The notes below the pieces were generated by a model that was not told the DNA's origin, searched no databases, and worked only from the letters and a program-made list of their open reading frames with translations. The translations under genes and the position numbers were made by a program. DNA of 64,000 bases from Vitrella brassicaformis CCMP3155 (taxonomy: Eukaryota; Protista; Chromerida): NCBI GenBank assembly GCA_001179505.1, contig CDMY01000419.1, forward strand, positions 16,998 through 80,997. Reading direction: 5' to 3'. The stretch's first letter is position 1. The number at the start of each line of letters is the position of its first letter. Below, in pieces: positions 40,175-54,126 of this stretch.

Positions 40175-40584
40175 AGGGGCGAATGGGGACATAGCAGAGT
40201 GACGCGCACTCCGCCGCCGGAAACGAGACGAGACATAGGTATGGAGGCGCAGAGGCTTTGTTTGGCAGACAGGCAAAGGTCTGAGCTAATGCATGGATGG
40301 ATGGATGGACCGCATGAGTCTCATGGATGGATGGATGCGTGGCGTGAGCTGTATGTGCGCGACGCGTTTCTTGTCCGATGATAAAACTAACTGTATGTGA
40401 GCAATTGAGTGCTCTGCAGACAATGAGTCTCACAAACACTCAGTACAAACACTCATACATCTTCTTCAACCACTCGAGGACACGAGGAGAATATGTGTAA
40501 CAGAAAAATACGGGGCCACACCGAACAAATACCCACACGTATACCCATCCCATCGATCAAACAAGCCAACACGCACATGTACAG

Positions 40585-42470
40585 TCACACGTCTGCCTCG
40601 TCAGTGTGTCTGTCGGTCATGAGCTCATCGGCCATGTCCAGAAATGGCGTGGCCGGGTCGCAGCACACGGCCGAGTGGCACTCCCAATCGGCCTTGCGAC
40701 ACCCATCACTGCAGTAGCGGACCGTCAGACACACGCCGCACCACCCATCGTCAGATGCCGAACGATCGGCATCAGCCGAGCCAGTCGAAGGCTGACCCAT
40801 GTCGGCGTGGCACCGGTGGCAGCGGCTCTCTGTGTCATTCACATAAGCCCTCATGGTGTCGAGCACGTGGCGGCCTTGGTCATTCCAGCAGCTGTCCTCT
40901 GTCAAGGTCAGCATGAAGCGCGTCAGCCGCAAGAGCAGCACCGTGCGATCGTTGACGAAGGCCTCGACGGCATCCCGATACCATTCGCAACAGAAGAGGC
41001 CCCTCTCAAAGACGGGCCGCATGACGTAGCCGGGCGCACGAGCGAGGCCCCATCGGTCCAGCTGCTGTCTTATCCAATCGAGATGGGCCAGGCCGTACGC
41101 CGCAGCGAGACTCTGCTCGCCGGGATCGTTGCTTGTCGCGCGGGCCGACTGATAGTATTCGCTGAGCAGGGCGTTGATGTAGCCGAACAGCCAGTGGTCG
41201 GTCCCCAATGCCTCAACGATGTCGTCACTGAGCTCTGCCAGCTCGTCACATGAAGGCAGACGGCCGTGTTGGAGCCGATCGCTGTGGATGGCCAGTACCC
41301 GCTCACGCAGAGATGACTCACTCGCGAGTGCGGCTGCCAGCTGCTCGGGTGGGTCGTCGTTGCTGAAGGAGTGGCCGCATTCGTTGCAGCGCCACGATGG
41401 TGCAGGGGAGGGGCTGAAGATGACGGTGCCATCGCACAGATTGGAATCCGGGCATGGCAGCAGGCGGCACGTGTCAGGGGCTCTCACACATCGATCACAG
41501 TTGCACAGGAAGCCCCGCTCTTGCTGGATGTGGCGGCGTCTGGCGATGCTGTCCATCCAGAAGACGACGACGTCTTCAGGATACCTGCACACATACACAC
41601 AGAGAGAGAGAGATGGACAGAGAAACCCACACCACACGTTGGAACGGATGAGCACCATGAGCCGAGGATTTCGCCAGCTTTGACTGCTCGATAGACGCGG
41701 ACACGAGCTGCATCCAAATTATGAGATGGACCAGCTTTCCACGATCCGAGAGTCAGAGGGCTTGCGTGTGTCTTGTGCTTTTGCTTTATTTCATTCGCAC
41801 CGACCTTTGTCTTTGTCAGGTATGACGGACACACAGGGCGAGCATGAGTGTGGGATCTTGGAGATGTTGTCAAACAACGCGTGGGTGTCGTTGGAATCAG
41901 ACGTGATGTACGTGTTCATGTCCTGGACAACCGAGGTCAGACAACACAGCACGACACAGCACAACACACCTCTGTCCGCCCCTGATGCTCGCTGCGCCCC
42001 TGATTCACCGCTCACCCAAATAGTGATTGCGTCCACCACCTCCTCCCGGCTGAGCAACCCGCCATCCTCCTCACTGCCCTCTCTCGAGCTCATGTACTCG
42101 TCGGCGAGCGACTGCGGCTTGGCCTTCTGGCCGTACTCGGCCGCCATGTCGTGGGCGAGGAACTGACGCCGGAAGAGCTCGTATCTGCCGGGCTGGTCTC
42201 GCTTCAGCTCTTCCACACAGGCAAGTGCCTCCGCTGTGCCGCCTGTGCAGGAGAGGAACGCCTCTTCAAAGATGATGACCTCGCCCTCATCGAGATCCCG
42301 GGAAGCACACAGTACTCGGCCACCTGCATCCACAGCATAGCACAGGTATGATCAGATCAGGCAGCTGAGCTGCATCCACGAGTGCCATCCATCAGCATCT
42401 TACCGAGCGAGGGCCGCACTTCGACATGGAAGGCAGACGGCGGCTCGTCAGGCGTGACGAAGTGCGACAT
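40585..42470 (-). CDS. SET-domain lysine methyltransferase-like protein (AKMT/SMYD-like) with C-terminal MYND finger
   Basis: GGRVLCASRDLDEGEVI, ISKIPHSCSP, RAVKAGEILGSW|Y, post-SET GFLCNCDRC..DTCRLLPC..WRCNECG, helical region, then CHRC..CGVCLTVRYCSDGCRKADWECHSAVC (MYND). Start codon tentative. Confidence 0.85.
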
Positions 42471-43286
42471 CGAATATGAAGGTCTCCTCGGTGCTGGAGA
42501 GTACGATGATGCTGTGGCGAGAGAGAGTGCCCTGTAACCTCTAGGGTTTCAAGTCAAGGGTTTCAAGAAAGGCACCACCGAAGGGTTAGGCATCGCGCGC
42601 TTGACATGTGGGTTGGACACCGCCCATCGATCTTGGAAGAGCGAAAACTGTTCGTGGAGGTGCCGTATCCGGTCCCATCTTCCAAGCCACGACAACAACA
42701 TCTCTCCCATCGAGGAGGGCTGCCTAATCGGCGCGGACACAACGATTCGGCGAAGGACCTCTCCGGCCACGCAGGGGCTCTTCGTGCCTCCTCCTTGCAG
42801 TTTCTGGTCCTCCGGTGGCGTCTCAGAGGTCTCATCGACGAGTCATCGTGCAGAGGACCTGTTTGGACATCCCAACCCACCCAAACCGTCACTACTCACA
42901 CGGCCAAGCGATGCGTCTCGCCTTCCGGTAGGTACCTGGAACAAATGACGGTCATTGTGGGTTCGGGATCTGGACAGATCTGCATGTTGGTGCCTGCCTT
43001 TGCTGGCAGGTAGAGGCGCGTGTGTCCGTTGGGAGTGGAGAGAGCTGTGTGTTGAGGATTGGCACGGCGCCGCCGCCGTGTGTTTGAAGGCAATATAGTC
43101 AAGCTATCAGGAGAGGTGAGTTGGCACATCTGGGAGGGAGGGAAGGGAGAGAGTGAGAGCACACTGGACACCTGCCTGATGGAGAGCAGATTGCATGACT
43201 CGAGTGGCTTCGTCATTCTGTCTGTCCGTGTGTGGTCGTTTGTTCATTCAGGCCAGATAGTCGGTCTGTGCGTGCGGTGCATTGCG

Positions 43287-44021
43287 ATGAGTCTGCCCAT
43301 CGACCACGCATCCCACCCGTCCCTCTCCCCCTCAAGACCACCCCCACTGGCAGTGCCCCCCAAGCCACCCGTGGCGCATCGCCCGATGCCGCCCTTCCCG
43401 GCGGCAGCACTGCACCATCCCGCAATGATGCAGGCGTTTGTGCGGCCTCCACATATGGTGATCCGTGCACCGGGTGGCCTGCCGCATGCCCGTCATCCAC
43501 ACCCCGCTGCCCGCACTGCGCACCTGCACATGCATCCGCTCGCTGTGCGGGAGGGAGGAGGGGCCAGGAATGGGATCGACACGCCCGGTCAGTCAGAGAG
43601 AGAGAGACGAGTGTCGGGTGGGGTGCAAAGGCAGGTGGTGTTCTTGTGTGTGGTTCAGGTGTGGTGCAGTCTTCTCGTCCTTCGTCTGCGGGGCCGTCAC
43701 TGCCCGATGACGATGCATCCGCACCACCATTGTGAGCGCTTCACTCACCGAGACAGACGAGCCAATTGACGGAGGTCGGTTCATTCCTTCCCCTGCCCCC
43801 GTTGTGTGTGCGTGTGTCAGCTCGATTCGCATCGACCCTCTGTCGCCCGGTTTGATTTTGGACAAGCAGCGGATGGCGGAGCAGAAGTTCCTCGAGGACG
43901 AAATGAAGAGAAGGGAGAAACTGCTCCAGGACCCTGGTGCGTGTGACCGCTCAACAGAGGCAGACACAGCAAGGAGGCCAGCCTTCACGTTCTCTCTGCT
44001 GTCCCTTCATTCCTTCATTCC

Positions 44022-44052
<31 letters not shown>

Positions 44053-46830
44053 AGGCAACATGGTTGATGCACTTCGACGCCGCAAGGCACAGCAGCGCGT
44101 CAGAGAGATCCTCCAGGTGACCATCGACACACACATACAAGAGATACCAGACAGGGACAGGGCAGAGAATGCCGGCCCCATGCTCTGCCTGCCTGTCCAT
44201 CTCCTTTTTCCATCAGGAGCAGCAGGTGTACGTGCCGGTGGGCGACTCCGACTGGCAGACCGCCGAGGACACCGTCAACACCCTCCTGCGCGACGGCCGC
44301 CTGCACCGTCTGCACGAGAAGGAGGTCATTCTCAAGCGCATCGCACCCATCCCTAACAACTTCTTCGAACTCCACAAGTGGATTCTACGACGCGACAGCC
44401 GCAGCGGCCCGGTGCTGTTCGTGCAGCACCCAGCGATCGACGACAAGGACACCGACAAGTACGAGCGGCTGTTGGTGGACGATGCGGAGATCAAGGGGCG
44501 TGACGCGGGCAGCCGCGTGGAGAGCAGGATGGAGCAGACGTTTTACAACGCCCAGGGGGTGCCGCTGCGCGCGGAGGCGTGGAAGAAGCAGCGGCAGGTG
44601 TGGGTCGACGAGGCCGCGGCCGAGGGTTTCGGGGACGACACGCCGTCCACACACAGAACACGGACACAGAAGGTGATGTGAGGGAGAGAAAGGAAAGACC
44701 GATGTCAGGCAGGTGCTCCCATTATTCACGTGTATCCTTGCTTCAACCTGTGTGTCGTGCAGGAGTCCAAGTTGCAGAATCTGACGGCGTACAACTGCTT
44801 TGCTCTCGAGCGTCGTCCGTTCCTGATGCGGCGGTTCCCTGAGCGGGTGGGGGAGCCGCAGTTCTTCGCAAGAATGCTCGGCGAGGAGTGGAGACAGCTG
44901 CCGCCCGAAGACAGAGAGGTCAGTCACACAGGAGGAGAGCCAGATCTATGACGGGCACTGAGGACGACACAGATGTCTCTGTGTTTCTCTGCGTGTTGTT
45001 GCAGGTGTGGAGTGTTCACGAGCGGTGCAAGGACCGTTTTCGGCTTCAGAGCGTGATGCATCCGGCCGGCAGCCCTCCGCCCGTCCGCTACGCCGTCAGC
45101 AGCAGACGCCCCTCCCACCCCGGCGAGCCCGTCCAGCCATTCGTCATGACCACCACCACAATCAAGCACGAGCAGAGCAGGAGACCGCCGGTCATCGTCA
45201 AGAAGGAAGAAACCGATGAGGAGAAAGCAGACGTCGAGCAAGAGCAAGACCAAGAGCCAGACGCGCAGCAGCAGCAACCACAGCGGGAGCAGGAGCACCA
45301 GGCGGCTGCCGCTGTGGCGGCGGCAGCATCTGCCCCTCTGCCTCAGGAGGTCCTGGAGCCGTTGAGCCACCCGGCCCGCTGGGTGCGGCAGCTGCGCGTG
45401 AGGCCACTACGGCTCGTTCCGAGCGGCAAGGAGGACCTGCTGGAGGTCGATCGCGACTCGGAGGAAGAGGCGGACCTCTCTGACTTCCCAAGATCGGCCG
45501 TGCGGCTGTCCATCTACGACCCCGGCGACGGCCACACACGGCCGGCGCGGCAACAGGGAGACTCACTTTGTGACGAGGACCTGCCCGTGTTGAAGGTGGG
45601 TGAGAGTGTGCAGGTGGCGGTGATGAGTGGCGAGGGTGGGTGGGAGACCGGCTGGGAGGACGGCACCGTGGAGGGCATGGTGCAGCGGGGAAATGGGGAG
45701 CCGACCGATGTGGCCGTGAGGCTGGACAGCACGGCCACATCCGTCACGCTCCCGACACAGCACTTCATCGAACCGTCGGGTAAGTCGACAGAGACCACCA
45801 GCAGCCAGGCAGGCAGGCAGAAGCGAATGAATGCCCTCATCGATTCTTCTCGTCTGCCTGTCATGATTCAGTTCCAGTCAAGACGGCTCCCGAGTCGCAC
45901 TTTCGTCTCCGCCCCCGCGACGCAGAGCCAGACCGCGATCTGTACCCCGGTGCCGTCATCAACCTGCCATTTGCCGCGTCAGGCCCCTCGTGTGATGCCA
46001 TCGTGATGGCCCTGCATCGGAAGGAGGGCCGCATGGGATTGCGGTCCGGCAAGGGGTCGACACTGGACCTCCATCGCCTGGCCGACGGGCGCACCGTCGA
46101 GAACTTCGACCCCGAGACCGTCACTGTGCGCCGGCTGCCCTATGACGTCGAGCTGGGCGGGAGTGGTGGCACTGCGCCGTCCTGGTGGATCATCCCCGAC
46201 CCATTCAGACCTGACATTGTGCCTGCGAGGAAGGTCCCCTTCCGCACAGACGTGCTGCGCAACCCCCCCGTCAGGAGCCTCATCCGCCATCTGTGGAACA
46301 ACAGCAAGAAGGCACGCAGACGGCAGCCGGCCAAGAAAGTGCAGTTTGCCCAGCAAGAGGCAGCGTCGAGTGGCGGGGCGGGTGGTGCTGCGGAGGCAGA
46401 GCCGTCTGCTATGGCTGAGGCGACGGGCAAGAAACAGGCCAAGAGGAAGGCCAAAGGGGGCAGCAAGCGCGAAAGGAGCTCCGCCAAGGCCAGAGACAGG
46501 CGCCCAGCCAAACGCGCCAAGGCTGCTGCTGCTGTGCCGCCCAGCACCCCTCCCCCTCCCCCTCCCCCACCTGCCGCTGCTGTTGAGAGCGCGGGCATGG
46601 CGTCGGACCATCACCTGAACAGCCTCGCCCCCCACCACGACACGATGGAGGGCCCACACGCCAGCGCCAGAGAGCATATGCCTGCGAGTGGTGCGGCGAT
46701 GGACGTGGACGATGGAGTGGCCGGACAATATCATCATGGCATGGCGGCAGCGGACGAGATGATGGCTGGCGACGATGATGAGGAGCCTTTCCCGGCACTG
46801 CCGCATCATCAGCTGCATGTCATGCACTAG
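43287..46830 (+). CDS. HMG-box chromatin protein with a putative Tudor/Agenet-like domain
   Basis: LTAYNCFALERRPFLMRRFP..FARMLGEEWRQLPPEDRE|VW (HMG box); LKVGESVQVAV..GWEDGTVEG (Tudor-like, weaker); basic NLS-like tail. Start codon tentative. Confidence 0.7.
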
Positions 46831-47191
46831 GGCGAAAGGTCGCCACGGAGCAGTGGGCTAGTGTTGCACGTGTCGATGTATGCGGTGCCTAGTGTCAGCT
46901 ATTGGTTGGGCGGGGCGGGGCGGCTCCTGTATTTATATCTGTAACATGCTGTGCGCCTCCTGGATGAGCCACGCAGCAATTGATCAATCATGAGTGAGTG
47001 AATGTCTGTGGCCTCCTGACTAACTGACGGCGATGGGATGAATGAAATTATTGCTTGTGGCATTTGCAAACACACGCATTTACGCTAACGGCTTGGATCG
47101 GCTTCGTTGCGGCCGCTCACGAACGGTGCATGGACTCACCTGAACATCGCCAGCTCATCGAGCCTAGTACTCGAAGCAGGTGAAAGTCAAA

Positions 47192-49544
47192 ATGGCTGTT
47201 CTGACGCGGCCATTCATCCTCATTCCTCTCGCCGTTTTTGGCGTCGGCCTCTTCGCTCTCGACGCCCTTGAGCTCTACCCAGCGTCCCTACACAAGACAG
47301 CGATTTCAGCGTCCCTGCACAAACTCCTTCGGAGCGTAAGAAGCGGAGGCACGACGGACGCTACCTCAGCAGCAGGAGAACGGGAGGAGAGAGAGGACTT
47401 CTCTGACCTTGAAGCGCTGGAGAGCAAGATGGACGTGCCCTTTTACGTAAGCAGACAGACCGACAGGACCAACGAGCGAGTGATGGCATGCATTGTGAGC
47501 ATAACACTCACGTACGGCAGGTCTACGAAACTCCCTCCCTGATGGAAATGTACAACCGTTGCCAGGTGCCAGCAAGGGCAATCCTCGAAGGGACGTGGCC
47601 GGCCAATGTGAAGTCTATGATCAAGAAGAAGATAGGTAGGACTGATCGCCGGTGTGCGTCACATCAATCTGTCGTGTGTGTGTGATAATACAGGGGAGAT
47701 CTTCTGGCTGGATCAGCTGTGGAACGATACGTGGCGCACATTCGATCCTGACCAGGCGCTCGTGTATGTCCTCCCCATCTATCCAGGTGCATGGGTGTTG
47801 GGCAGAGAAGCAATCGAGGGGCCTCTTCAATGCATTTTTGTGTTGCAGTGCTTCTGTTGGATCAGGTTTGCAAGGGTCTCAAACGAAACCAAACCCACGA
47901 ACTGGCCACTCGCGCCGTTCATGAGGTAAGCAGATGGGCACACATTACGCGAATCGTTTCCTCTCGACTCGGTCGTCCCATGATTCATTCAGATCACGGC
48001 AATGCCCTACTATTACCGACATGGCGGGCTGGATCATATCGTTATCGTAAGGAAGGCCAAGCACGCATATGAAATCGTGTCAACGCTGCGTATGGCTGCC
48101 ATATAGGCGACAGACTGGCGAATGAGAGGATCCATGAAGAAGGTTTTTGGATCGACCTTTCATTCCTTTGTCGGGAACATCACGTGGGGCCGCACCCTCA
48201 CATTGGACAGTAAGTAGCTAATGGATGGATTCGGTTTGTGCCATGCATCAAGTGCCCTTGTCTGTTTGTCTGCAGAGAACAGGCCATGGCAGTGCGGTGT
48301 CAACGTGCCACACACGTGAGTCGACAGATAGACAGGCCAGCCTGGGTGGCACGAGTGATTGAATCGAGTGACTTGCGTGTGTGTGTGTCTGTCTGTATAG
48401 TTCTGCCATGACCTACATGCAGAAGGCCTACGAGCCCTTTGAGAAGGAGAGCCTGCTGGAGCGCGGCTTTATTGCCCCTGAAGACGTCTTCGAGGACGAC
48501 CGTCTGGACACCGCACTCGACCCCCCGTCGCGACGCGACTGGTTCGCGAGAGACTACAACCTTTTCTTTCAGGGTGAGCGAGCAGTGGGCGGGATGGATG
48601 GACCTCTCTTATGTGGATGCATGTGGTCTCGTGTTGCGTCATCGATGTAGGTCAAGCGGACACAAGGCATGCATATCGCTACCGCCGTCTGGGGCTGCAG
48701 CACCTCGCTGGCTGGCGATTCAGGCCCAACACAAGCTCCAACGTCCTGGTCTCCTCGTCCAAGCCCATGACCTATCAAGTGCTGGACGCAGACGGCAAGG
48801 AGCGAAGGGAGCCAATTCCTTCCTGCCCGCGCAAAGACGGCATCAATAAGGAGGTCTTCAGCGGAAAGATGGGCAAATTTGAGCGGTGCAATGGGCGGAT
48901 GGCTCCGAAGAAAGAAAAAGGGGCTGGTCGGCAGAGTGACAAGCGAACAGATCGTGGCCGCTATGCGGCGGCCACGTTTCTGCATCGGCTGGGCAACTCG
49001 AAGCTCAATCTCTGCTTTCGAGGCGACGACGTGACCAGCAACCGGTTATTCGACGGGCTGTGGACGCGGACATTGAATGTGCTGGTCACCGAAATAGAAA
49101 AAACGTTCACGACTTGGCTCCCATTCCAATGCGAGATTCCGTGGAGGTGGGTGTGGTGGGTTGGAAAACAGAAAGGAGGAGAAAGAAAGCAGCCTTCATG
49201 CGCACTGGTCTGTCAATGCCTGTTGTGTATGAATGTATGCGTATAGGAACTTCACGTATGCGATTGACGGCCCTGAGTTCGTTCGGTCCCCTCGCGAATC
49301 CCTCACTCCCATACTGCAAGAGGTGTATGATGATCCTGCGGCGGTGAGAGAGAGGCTTCGGCTCCAAGACTACTACAGCCGGAAGGCGCTTTGGAATGCG
49401 CCTGGGAGCACCACCGCCAGAAGCACACTGCGCGCCATGACACGGCAGTGTCTCACTGACGAGATAAAGATCGATTTCATACAGAGGACAGCCGGGAGCG
49501 GTGAGACATACCGAAGGACAGATGACATCAAGAGACACGGATAG
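47192..49544 (+). CDS. Exostosin-family (GT47) glycosyltransferase, type II membrane, multi-exon
   Basis: N-terminal TM (FILIPLAVFGVGLFAL), DVPFY|VYE, SKLNLCFRGDDVTSNRLFDGL, WLPFQCEIPW|RNFTYAID, matching the GT47 C-terminal motifs. Confidence 0.85.
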
Positions 49545-50968
49545 AACTGCGTGTATATGCACGGCCTGTGTGTGTTTAGGGATGGTGGGTGACGTTCGCG
49601 GCCATCCGCTGTTCGCGCCGTGTGTGTTTCCAGACACATTGGTTGGCCTGGATGCGCAGAGGGCCTACGACACGTAGTTCTATCCCTAAACCGAGGGAGT
49701 GTTGGTTGCATGGCGCATGTGTTGAATTAGACAGCTCGCCGCCGCGCGTCTGTGTGGATGTATTTTTCCGATGCATTCCCTTCCTGTCTCACCCGCTGGT
49801 GTCCGTGCAAGCCAGCGTATAGGATGGATGAATGCACACAGAATCTAAGCCGGCCTGTAAGTAGCGGATGTGATGTGCATTCAGTATGTGTTTGCTTTCT
49901 TTTGCATGTGCTGACTGTCTGGATTGCCATCTCAGTGAATGCAATACGAGCTCTGCCCAGAGTGCGTGTTTGGTTTTTCTCGCGACGACTCGCTTGGCGA
50001 GTTTAAACGATGTACATGGAAGAGCATTCTGCACGACCAAGGCAGCAGAGTGACAAACTCGCACAGCCGCAAGTTTGTCACGTGCGTACGCGTCATTCAT
50101 TTATCCACACGTACGTATATACCGATATACTTACATACGCACATTCAGGCACGTATACGTATATTGTATGTATTGTCTCCTGCCCATCGGCTTGATCAGC
50201 GGTGGAGCCGACACAGGGTGGGCGGCTATGGTGACCACGTATGGGTGATGTGAGACACCCATGGCCGGCCACCTCGTGGCCAGTCAGGCCAAGATCACGG
50301 CCGTCTCCCAAGCGAAGCAACCGAGGAGGGTTGTCTGTAGTGATGCAGTGATTCACTGAATGAATGAATTGAATCAATTCATTGATTGACTGACAATCAA
50401 GCACACACTTATGTGACTCGAGAGAATGACAGAGTGATTCGTTCGTTCATACCTTATCCACGGGCACACGTCCGATCACTATCATTACACTGATGTGTGA
50501 GACCTCTACACAGCAGCGCAGAGCGATCACACGAGCGCACGCTGAAGTCTGTTCTCACCTGAGAAAAAGTCCTTTCACATGACAACGAATTACAGACGCC
50601 ATAGCACCGGTCCATGCATCGGCTGTGCGTCCGTACTTGTTGGACAGATGGCACATATTGCATCATCTGCACGTGTGAGACACACGCCACACCACCAACC
50701 AACGATACAGCACCAACCGATGCGGCGGAAAATGCCGCAGACCGTACACTCGTCATTCCCTCAGTCATGCACACTTCGCAGCCATCACCGATCAGTCGAT
50801 GGCAGACAGCAAGGCAGGCCGATGCAGACAATGCGCATAGAGACAACACTGAATTCGCCGGACATCACGGCAGGAAGGAAGCAATTGCAGCAAGGCACGG
50901 CACCATGCGACTGAGAAAAAACACCATATCGTCCTAACTCCATTTAATTTTCTACCTACGACACAGCC

Positions 50969-52663
50969 CTACTGTACCGTGTGAATTACGATATGAACAC
51001 CATAGTCACTCAATCCATCTTTCCTCTCATCGACCGCCATCACACCAATACAATCAGACATACGACGAATCAACCACCCAGGACAGTGCAAGGGAATGCT
51101 AGCACTAGCCGGCAGAAAGACAGTAAATCGGAAAAAGAGACAGGAGACAACACACACATGCTCATATACTCGTGACTGACACGGGCCTGCTGTAGTTTCG
51201 AATGAGTGGTACTAGCAAGTCAGTCACCCTACCCACCTCTCTTCCACCCTCATCGAAAAGCGTTGCATCTGGCGTGACTTTCCTGAAAAAGAGCGGGTGC
51301 CTGGAAGAGATAGTCTCCGTCAGTTTGGTCAGATTAAGAGAAGAGAAGCAAAGCGGGCCGCTGGGAGAACAGCGGCGCCCCATGCCGTAGCCGCACCCAT
51401 CCTCGGGTCCTGCCCAGCAGGTCTTCGTATCACAGAACTCGGTGAGGATTTCGTCATCACACCGGTCGGTGTGATTGGTTCGCAAGCCACCGTTCACCTG
51501 CATGGGCAGGCAAACATACTGTCGAACTGTCGATGTGATACTTCGATTAATGCTGTCGTCCCGTACCTGCTTCCATATCTCTGAATTCCCAAGTGATCTC
51601 CTGAGAACATGATGTCCAAACCATTCATCCGGTCCTGAAAATGGCCCTCGGGGCCTCCGCCAAGGCAAGCCGTCGTACGGATAAGTGAGGCCCTGTGCGG
51701 CGACGATCGAAGCATGGTACCGATTGTAGCTTCGCCACTGGTGGTGTTTGAGATCTGCACAAAGGTGCACAGCAGAAATGCACGAGTACCTCTGTTGCTG
51801 CAATGCTTACCGTATCCGACAGTGCTATCCGCATCTTGACAAGAGGGAGACTTGCTCTCTCTATCTGCTGGGCTGCGATCCGATTCGTTGTTTTCCATTT
51901 CGAAAGGTTTAGCCTTCGCATAACTGCACAGAGAAAGGCACGCAATGAGCATGCAGCTGTGCGATATATTCACACTCTGCGTACCATATTCTGCTGGTTG
52001 GCAGGCCGCCCGTCTCTCTCACTCTGTGTCGGAAGAGGACGTCATACACCACATCAGGATGGCTCACTGGAATGTGCGAGACAGACACCAGCACCATCAT
52101 CTGGTTGCACGGGTCGCGAAGAGCGGCCTTCCACAAGGCGTTCTCCGCGAGAATAAAGTTGCCAGAGCTCGTCTCGACTTTATCGACTGAGGTAGCTCCT
52201 CTAAGGCTACTGGGCGGCTCACTCGCACCCTCCTGTATGTGCATGTAGACTGTAAAACGACGCCTGTCCATCGACAAAGCGAGCCATTCTTCCCAAAGGG
52301 CAGCCAGCGGCACGTTGTCTTTCACCAGGAAGAGGAGAGCAACACTTGGCGGGCCGCTGCATTCGCCGCATCCCTTGACAGCACTTGGTGTGCTCGACTC
52401 CCGCACGCAGTAGAATTGCTGAGAGGATGACGTGTTGGTCTTGATCAATGGCAGGAGATTCTTCTCCCTGAATTGGGCCAGATCAGCCTCCAGTGAGCAT
52501 GCTGCGGTGTCTGGAATGACACTGTCGGCAAGCGAAGCTGCTCTTGGGCGCGAGTCGACCCCATAGCGATGAAAGAGGTGTAGAAGATTGCGATGCCACA
52601 TACGACTGCGAACAGCAGATGGGCCGAAAAAAGGGAAGACACGGCGAGGCGAGAATGCCCCAT
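50969..52663 (-). CDS. Core-2/I-branching (GT14-like / DUF266, BC10-like) glycosyltransferase with an apparent 1-nt frameshift after the TM anchor
   Basis: VALLFLVKDNVPLAALWEEW, FTVYMH, VETSSGNFILAENALWKAALRDPCNQMMVLVSVSHIPV, TDRCDDE, LFFRKV. The TM anchor MGHSRLAVSSLFSAHLLFAVVCGIAIFYTSF is in a different frame; one extra G at 52559-52562 fuses the two. The 3' end is uncertain. Confidence 0.75.
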
Positions 52664-53436
52664 GCTGCATAGGGGGAGCTTGTCGCGAGAAGTCCACTTG
52701 CCGTCAAAAAATTCCCCACCGTAACGGCTGTGCGGGACTTTGTAAATTTGCTCTCGGAAGTGTGAGCCGCGCAAGTTGATTCAATTGTTTGATTGTTTAA
52801 GAGAGCATCCATCCCATCAGAGGCCAAAAACTGATGGGACACACACACAGAGGCCAATCCGCTGTCTCATCCACCCCTTCCTCTATCATCCAAAAATATG
52901 TGGACGTGTGTGTGACACATCGGTCAACTCATCAGCGACTCGCTTGCTTCGAAGCAGACTGACACGCTCGCAGCCACACACACACAAAACAAAAGGTACG
53001 CACACGCATCCGCACACGCACCCGCACACAAAAGCGACACGCCTCGCTCACACCCTCGCTCATTGCAGTGTGTCACGTGAACGTCTCATAGACACACCTG
53101 TACTATCCGTCCCCTGTGAATTTGGCTGTGCAGCTCGGCCCTTCTCGGGGGCTCATTCTATGGAGCACAGAATGGAACACACACACACACACACACGCAC
53201 ACACACAGTGTACATCAGAGCGACTGATGGAATGATGCGAGTGAAGGTTGACATGCGCATGAATGAGAATACGTCGACACCTTCCTCTCTCAGCGTACGT
53301 ACACAAGACGTCACCATGCAAGTCACCACACCAAGTGTACGACAGTGCTGTGTGGGAAAAATACGCCAAAATGAGTAGTGGATGGATGAATTAATGAATG
53401 CACATACGTATGGCCACTCAATAGCGGCAGCTGCCC

Positions 53437-53736
53437 NNNNNNNNNNNNNNNNNNNNNNNNNNNNNNNNNNNNNNNNNNNNNNNNNNNNNNNNNNNNNNNN
53501 NNNNNNNNNNNNNNNNNNNNNNNNNNNNNNNNNNNNNNNNNNNNNNNNNNNNNNNNNNNNNNNNNNNNNNNNNNNNNNNNNNNNNNNNNNNNNNNNNNNN
53601 NNNNNNNNNNNNNNNNNNNNNNNNNNNNNNNNNNNNNNNNNNNNNNNNNNNNNNNNNNNNNNNNNNNNNNNNNNNNNNNNNNNNNNNNNNNNNNNNNNNN
53701 NNNNNNNNNNNNNNNNNNNNNNNNNNNNNNNNNNNN
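53437..53736. other. Assembly gap (300 N)
   Basis: Run of N. Confidence 1.
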
Positions 53737-54126
53737 CCCCCCCCCCCCCCTCGCCCTCCAACATGGTGCAGACATCCGCCACTCACAACACACATGCGGT
53801 GCGACTTCCTGCTTGGATGTCGCGGGCGCTCATCGCTCCCAGATGGCTGCATAGTAGGCAGTGTCCCCAACGCCGAAGCCACTCACTTGCACCAATTTGT
53901 ACCCTTGCCCAACGTACTCGTCATAAAAAGCCTGATACCTGGAGCCAGCCCCACATGCAAACACAAGGCAGGACACCAACACACATCGATGGGTGGATCC
54001 TCTCTTTGTGCGTTCTTCTCTCCTTTTGTGTGTGTCTCATCAACTGGACGGCGATGATATTAACAGCGTCTACGTTCGTGTGTTCGTGCAGGGTCTTTCG
54101 CCAAGTTGCTCTGACATCGACGACTG

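Noticed and set aside
52530-52562. Programmed -1 frameshift or 17-nt intron in the DUF266/GT14-like gene
   Set aside because: No canonical slippery heptamer at the junction, and the intron would be far shorter than any other here; a simple indel is more parsimonious.
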